A stretch of DNA of 63,990 nucleotides, filler included, from Caldilineae bacterium (GTDB lineage: Bacteria > Chloroflexota > Anaerolineae > DTLA01): assembly GCA_037446815.1 (NCBI GenBank). It is 3 parts of 3 records of this genome, joined end to end, with 100 filler letters (N's around TTAATTAATTAA, not from the genome) between each part and the next. Parts side by side here need not be neighbours in the genome. Positions count along the whole stretch, not along the records: positions 53,463 to 63,990 come from JBBIHX010000098.1; 2 more parts are not named here. The stretch is one strand, 5' to 3'. Each line of letters opens with the position of its first letter. Position 1 is the stretch's first letter. Positions 55,977-63,990 of this stretch are shown here, in pieces. The notes beneath the pieces were generated by a model. It saw nothing but the letters and a program-made list of their open reading frames with translations. It made no database searches and was not told the DNA's origin. Both the position numbers and the translations under genes were made by a program.

Positions 55977-58967
55977 ATGCCCAGAGGAAAGCGACTGCTC
56001 CCCACATGGCCCTTGTGGGCCGTGCCTGCGCTCGTGGTTGCCTTTCTCTGGAAAATCGTTTTCACCGGCAGAATCCTCGCCGGGGTAGATGTTTTCACCT
56101 ACTTCTACCCCTATCGGGCGTTTCTGACCGAGTCCCTGCGCAACGGGGAGTTCCCGCTGTGGAACCCGTATCTGTTCCTGGGCGCGCCCTTCTTCGCCGA
56201 CTCCCAGGCCGGCGCACTTTATCCATTGAATCTTCTGTTGATCGGACTCCCCGTGCCGTACCAGGTCAGCGCCGCCATCGTCATCCATCTGGTGCTGGGC
56301 GGGCTGTTCGCCTACCTCTTCGCGCGCCGCTCCCTGCACCTGGACAGACCGGCCGCATTCACAGCGTCGGCGGTGTTTGCGCTCGGCGGGTTTCTGCTTG
56401 CCCAGGCCGAGCACGTCAACCAGTTGAGCGTCTCGGCCTACCTACCGCTGATGCTGTATCTCATAGACCGCGCCCGCGAGCGCGTCCGGGCTTCCCCGCG
56501 CGCGGAGAGGGGGAGGCCAAAGGCCGGGGGTGAGGTGCGCACGGCCACAGAGATTGCTTCGGGCGCTCCGCGCCCTCGCAATGACGATTACCAACGCACT
56601 TTGGCACCGAATCAACGGCCACTACCGGCGGTCAGAGCCGCCTTCTGGCCCGCGTCGGCGTTGGCGGGCGTCATTGCGCTTTGCGTGCTGGCCGGGCACG
56701 CCCAGTCCCTGTACATCTGCGCGGTCGCCGTGGCGGTCTACGCCCTGTGGCCCCTTCTCGCGCGCGAGCGTGCGCCCACGGGCGAGAGGCCGCGCCCCCT
56801 CGCGCACACTGGCGTGGCCCTGGCCGCCCTGGCCGCAGCGGCGGTGCTGGGGCTTCTCGTGGCGGCGGTGCAGGTGCTGCCGACGCTGGAACTGTCGCAA
56901 CTGTCGCTGCGGGGCGGCGGCATGACCTACCGCGAGGCCGTATCCTTCTCCCTGCGGCCCCGTCTCTTGCTTACAGCCCTCTTTCCCCAGTACCGCACGG
57001 GCGTCTTTTCCGAGTACATCGCCTACGTGGGCATCTTCGGCATGGCGTTGGCCATCGTGGGATTCTGGCGCTGGCCCCACCGCGGCCAAGCGCGTATCTT
57101 CGCGGTTATGGCGGGCGCGGGGCTTTTCCTGGCGCTCGGCGGATTCAATCCGATCTACTACGTGCTCTACCGCGTCGTCCCCGGCTTTGACCTCTTCCGC
57201 GTGCCCGCGCGCTGGATGCTCCTCTACCACACCGCGGCGGCCATGCTGGCGGGCATGGGCATCCAAGCCCTGTTGCGTCCCGATGAAGCCGCCCGCGGGG
57301 GCGCGCGCTGGAAGCCCCCCATCGGGACGGCCATCGCGCTCGCGGCGGCCTTGAGCGTCGGCGCGCTGTGGATGGAGCGACCGACGGCGCGCGCGGCCAT
57401 CGCCTGGGGAGCCTGCGCTGGCATGGCAGTTGTCCTCATCGGGTTGGCGACGCGGCCCCGATGGCGGCGCGGGGCCACGGCCTTGCTCATCGTCGCGGCG
57501 CTTGGCGAACTCTTCGCGGCGAGCCGATCCCTCGCCGTCAACCACCCCACCGCGCCCCAGGCGTACACGTCCATGCGCCCATCCGTCGCGCACCTGCTCG
57601 CCGACCCCGACCGCGGGCGCATGTTGAGCCTGTCGGACCTCATCTTTGACCCGGGCGACCTGGCGGAGATTCGCGCCATCTACGGCCCCTACCTCGCCGC
57701 CGATGCCCTGTCCCCCGACAAGGTGAGCGAAGCCATCTACGACTACGTTGTCGCCACCAAGCAGAAGGAGATTCTCGTTCCCAACCTACCCATGATTTAC
57801 GGCATCGCGTCGCTGGACGGGTACGGCGGCGGCATCCTGCCCCTGCGCGGCTACTACGAACTGGAGCGACTGTTCCTGCCCGAAGGCCGCCTGTCGCGCG
57901 ACGGGCGGCTCCGCGAGGGCCTCACCGAAATCCCCGATGGCCGACTTCTCGGCGCGTTCGGGGTGAAGTACATCATCGCCGACAAAGCCTACGACATCTG
58001 GCGCGACGGCGTGTACTATGACCTGTCCCACCGTGCGGCGTTCCGAAGTGGCCAGGGCGTTGAAGCCATCCTGGGGCTCGGCCAGGACTTCCCCGCCGAC
58101 GCCGTGGGCATCGTCTCCTACCTGGACGGCATGGCCAACCTGCCCGACGGGGCGCCGGTGGCCGATGTCATCCTGGACTTCGCGGACGGCTCCCGCCAGC
58201 GCATCTCCCTCGCCGCCGGGCGCGATACCGCCGAAGGACGCTACGGCGCGCACGTCGCCCACGCCCGCGCCCGCGAGGTTGCCGCCCTTCGCGGCGCACC
58301 CGACACGACCCTGTACCTGACCATCCTCCCGCTTGACAGGATGCACCGCATTCGCCGTATGGAAATCGTCCAGACGGCCGCCGAGGGCGCGCTCATCCTC
58401 CGTGGCGCGTCCCTCCTGAACCGCGCCACCGGCACGCACTGTCCGATTATTATGTCAACCGCAGGGCGATTTGAACTCGTCCACTCCGGCGACGTGAAAA
58501 TCTACCGTAACCTGGACGCCAAGCCGCGCCTGTATGTCGCCTTCCGCGCCGTGCCCGTGGCCGACAGACAAGAAGCCATAGACCGCTTGCTGCGCGGCGA
58601 GGTGGACGCCCAGGGCGCCATCGCCGTGGAGGGCGGGCAAGCCCTGGACAGTAGCGGTGCGGCAGACGTTACCCCGCTGGCCGACGAGGCGGGTCGCGTG
58701 GCCGCCCGCGTGCGCCTGGACGCGCCGGGCTACCTGGTGCTGAGCGACGCCGACTATCCGGGCTGGCGCGCCACGGTGGACGGCCAACCCGCGCCCATCC
58801 TGCGCGCCAACGGGTTCGTGCGTGCCGTCCTCCTGTCCCCGGGCGAGCACACGGTGGAATTCACGTTCGCGCCGCCCTCGCTCGTTGCCGGAGCCGCGTG
58901 TTCCGCAGCCGCCCTGGGATTATGGGTCGCCGCGGCAATCGCGTTCGCCGTCTTGCGCCGCGCCTAG
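55977..58967 (+). CDS. YfhO-family (GT-C-like) membrane protein
   Basis: FPLWNPY...GAPF.AD.Q...YP; RVPAR; C-terminal LVLSD..YPGW.ATVDG...RANG..RAV...G.H.VEF.F.P plus TM helix. Confidence 0.88.
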   Translation: MPRGKRLLPTWPLWAVPALVVAFLWKIVFTGRILAGVDVFTYFYPYRAFLTESLRNGEFPLWNPYLFLGAPFFADSQAGALYPLNLLLIGLPVPYQVSAAIVIHLVLGGLFAYLFARRSLHLDRPAAFTASAVFALGGFLLAQAEHVNQLSVSAYLPLMLYLIDRARERVRASPRAERGRPKAGGEVRTATEIASGAPRPRNDDYQRTLAPNQRPLPAVRAAFWPASALAGVIALCVLAGHAQSLYICAVAVAVYALWPLLARERAPTGERPRPLAHTGVALAALAAAAVLGLLVAAVQVLPTLELSQLSLRGGGMTYREAVSFSLRPRLLLTALFPQYRTGVFSEYIAYVGIFGMALAIVGFWRWPHRGQARIFAVMAGAGLFLALGGFNPIYYVLYRVVPGFDLFRVPARWMLLYHTAAAMLAGMGIQALLRPDEAARGGARWKPPIGTAIALAAALSVGALWMERPTARAAIAWGACAGMAVVLIGLATRPRWRRGATALLIVAALGELFAASRSLAVNHPTAPQAYTSMRPSVAHLLADPDRGRMLSLSDLIFDPGDLAEIRAIYGPYLAADALSPDKVSEAIYDYVVATKQKEILVPNLPMIYGIASLDGYGGGILPLRGYYELERLFLPEGRLSRDGRLREGLTEIPDGRLLGAFGVKYIIADKAYDIWRDGVYYDLSHRAAFRSGQGVEAILGLGQDFPADAVGIVSYLDGMANLPDGAPVADVILDFADGSRQRISLAAGRDTAEGRYGAHVAHARAREVAALRGAPDTTLYLTILPLDRMHRIRRMEIVQTAAEGALILRGASLLNRATGTHCPIIMSTAGRFELVHSGDVKIYRNLDAKPRLYVAFRAVPVADRQEAIDRLLRGEVDAQGAIAVEGGQALDSSGAADVTPLADEAGRVAARVRLDAPGYLVLSDADYPGWRATVDGQPAPILRANGFVRAVLLSPGEHTVEFTFAPPSLVAGAACSAAALGLWVAAAIAFAVLRRA
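56490..56613 (-). repeat. Palindromic repeat/MITE half inserted in-frame in the YfhO-like gene
   Basis: GATTGCTTCGGGCGCTCCGCGCCCTCGCAATGAC is identical to 28774-28807 and is followed by a degenerate TIR ACCAACGCACTTTGGCACCGAATC. Confidence 0.8.
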
Positions 58968-58995
58968 CGCCCTACACTCGCCGAGGAGAGCCCCC

Positions 58996-60198
58996 TTGAC
59001 CGAATCTGTCCCGCGCCCAACACCGAACCCGCTCCGTCTCGTCATCTCCGCCGGCCTGACCATCGGCCTGGTCATCATGGGCGACTCCCTGCTGTACAAC
59101 CTCCTCCCGCTGGAAGCGGCGAGGCTTGGCATCTCCCTGCCCCTGGTGGGAATCCTCCTCAGCGCCAACCGCATCGTGCGCCTCGCCTCCAACGCCTGGA
59201 TGAGCACCGTCTTTGAGCGCCTCGGCCCGCGCCTCCCCTTCATCGGCGCGGCGGTGCTGGGCCTGGCAACCACGGCCGCCTACGGCGTGGCGTGGGGGTT
59301 CGCGGCGTTCCTGGCGGCGCGCCTGGGTTGGGGCGTCGCGTGGTCGGCCCTGCGGCAAGGCGGCTACCAGGCGGCCTGGGCCAACGGCAACGACGTGAAA
59401 GGCCGCCACATGGGCCTGCTGTGGGGCCTCGTCCGCCTGGGCAGCGCCCTTAGCGTGGTGGCCAGCGGTTTCCTGCGAGACCGATACGGCTACAACGTCG
59501 CCGTGTGGGCCGTCGCCTGCGTGGGGCTGCTGGGGATTCCGGTGGCCCTGTCCATGCGCTGGCCGGCGTTTCAGAAGCCGCCGCGTCCCGCGAATGGCAC
59601 GCCTGCGGGCGGCTGGGGCGAGACCTTCCGCGATGGTCGCCGACGGCTCATCCTCGCCGCCGGCCTGGTGGACAACCTCTTTGAGGGCACCCTCGTGTCC
59701 ACGGCCTCGCTGTTTCTGGCCGGCGTGCTGGGCAGCGCGGAGGCGACGCTGGGCGCGGGGATTGGCCTGGGCACGATGGGCGGCATGCTCCTGGCCGTGC
59801 GATGGACGTCCGACCTCATCTTCGGCCCCGCGTTCGGCGCCCTATCCGATCACCTCGGCCAGCCGCGCACCGCGGCCCTTCTGGCGTGCGTCCTGTTCGC
59901 CGCCACGGCGGGAGCTGCGACGGCCCGCGGCCTCGCCGCCGTTCCATGCCTCGCGCTGGTGTTCATCCTTGGCGCGGGGCTGAACATCGTGCTCGGCACC
60001 CTGGCCAACGGTCTGGCCGTGCGATCCGAGCGCCCCCACCTGTTTGTGGGCGCCTACACCACGGCCACCGACGCGGGCTTGGCGCTTGGCCCTCTGGTCG
60101 CCTATGCGTTCGGGGGCGGCTCCCGCCTTCCGGTCATCTACCTTGCCATCGCCGGCCTCATCGCGGCGGTAGTCATCGCCTTCTGGCGCGCGCGATAG
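58996..60198 (+). CDS. MFS transporter
   Basis: About 12 TM segments, GDSLLY, LSANR..R, motif-A-like G.LSD..G..R; TTG start after GAGGAG. Confidence 0.88.
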   Translation: MTESVPRPTPNPLRLVISAGLTIGLVIMGDSLLYNLLPLEAARLGISLPLVGILLSANRIVRLASNAWMSTVFERLGPRLPFIGAAVLGLATTAAYGVAWGFAAFLAARLGWGVAWSALRQGGYQAAWANGNDVKGRHMGLLWGLVRLGSALSVVASGFLRDRYGYNVAVWAVACVGLLGIPVALSMRWPAFQKPPRPANGTPAGGWGETFRDGRRRLILAAGLVDNLFEGTLVSTASLFLAGVLGSAEATLGAGIGLGTMGGMLLAVRWTSDLIFGPAFGALSDHLGQPRTAALLACVLFAATAGAATARGLAAVPCLALVFILGAGLNIVLGTLANGLAVRSERPHLFVGAYTTATDAGLALGPLVAYAFGGGSRLPVIYLAIAGLIAAVVIAFWRAR

Positions 60199-60231
60199 CG
60201 ACGACTCGGCTCCCAAGCCCCTTGGCCCCCA

Positions 60232-60326
60232 CTGTCATTCTGAGCGGCGAAGCTGCGAAGAATCTCGCCCCTCACCCAAGCCCTCTCCCGAGGGCGAGGG
60301 CGTATCGCCTTCGGCTCAGCATGACA
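60232..60326. repeat. Composite palindromic element (GTCAT...ATGAC shell with nested CCCTCACCC module)
   Basis: Near reverse complement of 9587-9680. Confidence 0.8.
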
Positions 60327-60349
60327 AGAGAAACGGAAAGAACGCGCGC

Positions 60350-60378
60350 TTGCAGCGGACGGCCCGTTGGGATACAAT
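60350..60378 (+). promoter_or_regulatory. Promoter of the glmS-like gene
   Basis: TTGCAG-17 bp-TACAAT. Confidence 0.6.
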
Positions 60379-60445
60379 ATCGCCGCCGCGGCAGCCCACG
60401 GAAAGCCCAACGGCGAACATGCAAGCAAAGGAGCAAGACTGGCGT

Positions 60446-62245
60446 ATGTGCGGAATCTTCGGCATCATCACGGATCGGGAACAGATTCTGGGCACTACCC
60501 TTGTTGAGGCTGCGCGGCGCCTCGCCTACCGCGGCTACGACTCCGTTGGGTGCGCCACCATCGCGGCGGATGGCGCCATTGACCTTCGCAAGGACGTTGG
60601 CCGCCTAGACGATGTCAGCGCTCGGCTGGACTTGCCCGCCATGCGCGGCATCCGCGGTATCGCCCAACTGCGCTGGGCCACCTTCGGCGCGCCCTCCTAC
60701 GCCAACGCCCAGCCGCACCTGGACTCCGACGGCGACATGGTCGGCGCGCACAACGGCAACGTCGTCAACAACGTCCAGTTGCGCGAACTCTTCCTCCGCG
60801 AGGGCCTTACCGTTCGCGGAACCAACGACGGCGAGACCTGCGTCCACGCCGTGGAGCGCCACTTTGACCGCAACGGCAACAACATGCTAGAAGCCATCCG
60901 CGCCGCCTACGCCGATTTGGAGGGCGACTATGCCTTCGTCATTACCCATCGCGACGACCATCGCCTATTCGCCATCAAGAAGGGGTCGGGGTTGGTCGCG
61001 GGCGTTGGCGACGGCTTCACCTGCGTCTCGTCGGACCTGCCCAGCATCCTGCCCCTCACGCGGCGCATCGTCCGCATCAACGACGGCGAGATCGTCGTCC
61101 TATCGCCTCACGGCCTGGACCTGTACCGCGTAGACGACGGCTCGCCCATTCGGCGCCAGGCCGAATGGTACGACGGCCCCGTGGAAGTGGCGGAGAAAGA
61201 GGGGTATCCCCACTTCATGCTGAAAGAGATTCACCAGCAGCCGACGGTGGCGCGCGAACTCCTCCACCTGCTTGACAGTTCACCGCACGTGAACCGCTTC
61301 CTGGACGCGATGAACGCCTCCGAGGGACGCCCGGTCTATCTGGTGGGCTGCGGCACCAGTTACCATGCCTGCCTGCTGGGCGCCTACTACTTCGGCCAGA
61401 TCGCCGGGCGCATCGCCGTGCCGTTGTTGGGGCCGCAGTTCATTGAGCAATGCGGAACCGCCGTCGGGCCGGGCGATGTCGCCGTCTTCGTCAGCCAGAG
61501 CGGCGAGACGAAGGATATCCTCAACGCGGTCAAAGTCATGCGGCGGCAGGGCGGCAAGGTGCTGGGCGTTCTCAACGTGCTGGGGTCCTCCCTCATGCAC
61601 CACAGCGACGTGTACTTGCCCCTGGCCTGCGGCTACGAAATCAGCGTGCCCGCCACCAAGACGTTCGTCAACCAGGCGGTGCTGTTCCTGTACCTTGCCT
61701 ACCGCCTCGCGGGCCGCGACACCCAGCCGCTCCACACCTTGCCCGACCTGCTGGCCCGCGCGCTGGAGGAAAGCGAGCCGCACGCCCGAGCCGTCGCCGC
61801 GTACCTCCACCACTGGAGCGCCATGAACTACTTGGGGTACGGCATCACCCACGCCATCGCGCTGGAGGCGGCGCTGAAGTTGAAGGAAATCACCTACACC
61901 CACTGCGAGGGGATGTTCTCCAGCGAGTTCAAGCACGGGCCTCTGTCGGCCGTCCACGACGGCTACCCCGTGCTGTTCATCACCGCGCCGGAAGACGAGG
62001 CCATGATGATCAACCACGTCAACGAGGTTACCACGCGGGGCGGGCGCGCCATCGCCATCGCCGCAGAGCACCCGGCGCTGCGCGCCAACGTCCACGACTA
62101 CGTGCCGGTGCCGGCCTCGCCCCGCGACCTGTCGCCCATCGTGCTCACGATTCCGGCCCAGTTGATCGCCTACCACCTGAGCGTGGCGAGGGGGATTGAT
62201 CCGGACTTCCCCCGCAACCTGAGCAAGACGCTCACCGTGGACTGA
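60446..62245 (+). CDS. glmS: Glutamine--fructose-6-phosphate transaminase family protein (divergent GlmS)
   Basis: MCGI, YRGYDS.G, HNG, CGTSYHA, SQSGET, LKLKEI, EFKHGP, PRNL.K..TV; atypical QLRWATFG. Confidence 0.85.
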   Translation: MCGIFGIITDREQILGTTLVEAARRLAYRGYDSVGCATIAADGAIDLRKDVGRLDDVSARLDLPAMRGIRGIAQLRWATFGAPSYANAQPHLDSDGDMVGAHNGNVVNNVQLRELFLREGLTVRGTNDGETCVHAVERHFDRNGNNMLEAIRAAYADLEGDYAFVITHRDDHRLFAIKKGSGLVAGVGDGFTCVSSDLPSILPLTRRIVRINDGEIVVLSPHGLDLYRVDDGSPIRRQAEWYDGPVEVAEKEGYPHFMLKEIHQQPTVARELLHLLDSSPHVNRFLDAMNASEGRPVYLVGCGTSYHACLLGAYYFGQIAGRIAVPLLGPQFIEQCGTAVGPGDVAVFVSQSGETKDILNAVKVMRRQGGKVLGVLNVLGSSLMHHSDVYLPLACGYEISVPATKTFVNQAVLFLYLAYRLAGRDTQPLHTLPDLLARALEESEPHARAVAAYLHHWSAMNYLGYGITHAIALEAALKLKEITYTHCEGMFSSEFKHGPLSAVHDGYPVLFITAPEDEAMMINHVNEVTTRGGRAIAIAAEHPALRANVHDYVPVPASPRDLSPIVLTIPAQLIAYHLSVARGIDPDFPRNLSKTLTVD

Positions 62246-62270
62246 AACGCGGCTCCGCCCGTCAGTCCGC

Positions 62271-62423
62271 GATTCGGTTCCAAAGTGCGCTGGCGTTCAC
62301 TGTCATTCTGAGCGGCGAAGCCGCGAAGAATCTCGCTAATGGAGAGGCGCCATTTTCGGCTCACCCTGATAAGAGCACAGGAAGGCTGCGCGCGGGACAG
62401 AGCAACACAAAGGGAACCGAGTT
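62271..62423 (+). mobile_element. ~150-bp MITE-like element, copy 4 (degenerate)
   Basis: GATTCGGTTCCAAAGT...GCAACACAAAGGGAACCGAGTT with a GTCATTCTGAGCGGCGAAG core. Confidence 0.65.
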
Positions 62424-62732
62424 CAGTCCACGCGCCGATACAGCGTGAAGTGCTCAATCACCGCCTCGGCGCGGTAACCGACGCGAAGCCGTTCCGCCAT
62501 CTGGGGATACCAGCCCAGCGCGGTCTTGGAGTCCACCCGCTGCACCGGGCTGTAGTCCTGTTCCACAACCACCACGTACAGTGGGCGTCGCGCGTCAAAC
62601 TCGGCGAGAAACTCCGCGAACCACTTCTGTAACAGCGGATGATCGCGTGGCCCAACGAGAAACGGCCAAATCATGCTGAAGCGCGTCGGCGCGAACCGTT
62701 GCGCCAGAAAGTTGATGCATGGCTCGAACCCC
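62423..62732 (-). pseudogene. C-terminal remnant of a GT-C/ArnT-like membrane glycosyltransferase
   Basis: GFEPCINFLAQRFAPTRF...RPLYVVV...GY.......FTLYRR resembles GT39-like C-termini; no TM region and no credible start codon. Confidence 0.5.
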
Positions 62733-62760
62733 TCGCGGCGCTTCTGCCCGCCACACAGCC

Positions 62761-63825
62761 CTACCAGTCGCCTGTCGGTCGCCCCCCGCACGTTCGGCGC
62801 ACGACCAGGTACACCGGCAGAATCTTGCGCACCGGCTCCGTCAGGTCGCCGTTGATGGCCTCCAGCAAGAGCGTCGTGGCCTCTCGCGCCAACTGGCCCA
62901 GGTCGCCGTGAATGGTAGACAGGCCCACCAGGCGATTGGACGCGATGGCGATATCGTCAAATCCGACCACGGCCACGTCCTCGGGCACGCGCAGGCCCAG
63001 AGCGGTCGCGGCATCAATCACGCTCAGCGCCATGACATCATTGGCCGCGAAGACGGCGGTTGGCCGATTCCTCATCCGCAGCAGCAAGTCAGCGGCTATC
63101 CGCGCTACCTCGGGGTGGTAGTCGCCCCAGGCGATGAGTTCGGGCGATGGGTCAATCCCGAATTCCGCCAGCGCCCGCCGATACCCTTGCTCGCGCTCAA
63201 TGCTGGTGGATGCGCCCCGCGTCCCGCGCATGAACGCAATCCGCCGGTGGCCCAGGTTCAGCAGGTGCTTAGTCGCCAGGTATCCGCCCTGCTCGTTATC
63301 CACGCCCACGAAACTGACCGAGTATTGTTCCGGATGGCGATTGAACAGCACGACCTTGATGCCTGCGGCCGACAGAGTCTCGGCCGCGCGGCTATCCATA
63401 CGGCTGCTGGCGATGATGACGCCGTCTACCCGCTGCTCAATGAGCAGATGGACGTACCGCTCCTCCTCGTCCGGATCGCGCCCCGTGTTGCACAGCATGA
63501 CCATGAAGCCTGCCTGCCGCGCCAGGGCAGCCACGCCTTCCACCATCTCGGGATACGCGGGGTTTGTGATGTCCGCGAGAATCAGCCCGATGAGGCGGCG
63601 GCTGCGCGTTACCATGCCGCGCGCCACGGCGCTGGGGTAGTAGTTCAGTTCGCGGATCGCCTGCAACACGCGCTCGCGGGTGGCGGGCTTCACAACGGGG
63701 CGATTGTTGACCACGTTGGAGACCGTCTTGGGGGACACATTCGCGAGCCGCGCCACGTCCTTAATCGTTACAGGCCGCCTCTGTCCCGTAGTTTCGTCCC
63801 TCGGCACGTAATCCTCCTGGCTCAA
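62761..63825 (-). CDS. LacI-family transcriptional regulator
   Basis: VTIKDVARLANVSPKTVSNVVN HTH, HLLNLGHRRIA, VPEDVAVVGFDD. Confidence 0.95.
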   Translation of the reverse strand: MSQEDYVPRDETTGQRRPVTIKDVARLANVSPKTVSNVVNNRPVVKPATRERVLQAIRELNYYPSAVARGMVTRSRRLIGLILADITNPAYPEMVEGVAALARQAGFMVMLCNTGRDPDEEERYVHLLIEQRVDGVIIASSRMDSRAAETLSAAGIKVVLFNRHPEQYSVSFVGVDNEQGGYLATKHLLNLGHRRIAFMRGTRGASTSIEREQGYRRALAEFGIDPSPELIAWGDYHPEVARIAADLLLRMRNRPTAVFAANDVMALSVIDAATALGLRVPEDVAVVGFDDIAIASNRLVGLSTIHGDLGQLAREATTLLLEAINGDLTEPVRKILPVYLVVRRTCGGRPTGDW

Positions 63826-63854
63826 AGAATGACGTAAGATTCAGGTCAGGCGTC

Positions 63855-63883
63855 ATTATAGCGCATGTACGAGCATATCACAA
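63855..63883 (-). promoter_or_regulatory. Promoter of the LacI gene
   Basis: TTGTGA-17 bp-TATAAT on the minus strand. Confidence 0.6.
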
Positions 63884-63908
63884 GCGCACGCGCGACTCGT
63901 TGTGTCCT

Positions 63909-63987
63909 GTAGCGCGGCGGCTTCAGCCCCGCGCAGCCATGCCCCCCATCTGTCATTCTGAGCGGCGAAGCCGCGAAGAATCTCGCA
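63909..63987. repeat. REP-like GTAG palindrome plus the start of a GTCATTCTGAGC element
   Basis: GTAGCGCGGCGGCTTCAGCCCCGCGC (reverse-complement family of 9276, 9430 and 26978) then GTCATTCTGAGCGGCGAAGCCGCGAAGAATCTC. Confidence 0.75.
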
Positions 63988-63990
63988 AAC

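Noticed and set aside
60330..60445. glmS ribozyme upstream of the glmS-like gene
   Set aside because: No AGCGCC...GACGAGG core and the leader is too short. A partial look-alike at ~58966-58987 lacks P1 and precedes the MFS gene.

Overview
High-GC bacterial DNA. The gene repertoire suggests Chloroflexota, probably Anaerolineae-like (inference). The window is not one contiguous locus: artificial N44-TTAATTAATTAA-N44 spacers at 26878-26977 and 53363-53462 join three segments, and there are 100-N scaffold gaps at 9320-9419 and 34471-34570. Segment 1 (1-26877) holds a CcmC-like gene, nnr, an rrf2-radical SAM-mnmA operon, ABC genes and tRNA-His. It also has a respiratory cluster (Rieske, cytochrome b fused to four c-type domains, a ~21-heme cytochrome and a cytochrome b partner), a DksA-like gene, a SigA paralog, a secreted glycoside hydrolase, a LonC-type protease and tldD/E. 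Segment 2 (26978-53362) holds a ROK kinase, a ~5,400-aa DUF11-repeat surface protein, a PorU/gingipain-like C25 peptidase, a VPKTG stalk protein and mutS. Segment 3 (53463-63990) holds tRNA-Pro, pdtaS/pdtaR, a YfhO-like gene, an MFS transporter, a divergent GlmS paralog and a LacI regulator. The best candidate for a new system is the giant surface protein plus the adjacent C25 peptidase. The giant protein ends in RLPSVWR* and the peptidase carries RLPSVWK internally, suggesting a T9SS-independent, C25-mediated surface sorting system. Other notable signals are a ~150-bp MITE/REP family (one partial copy in-frame inside a gene) and strong avoidance of TCGA, AGCT and GTSAC.
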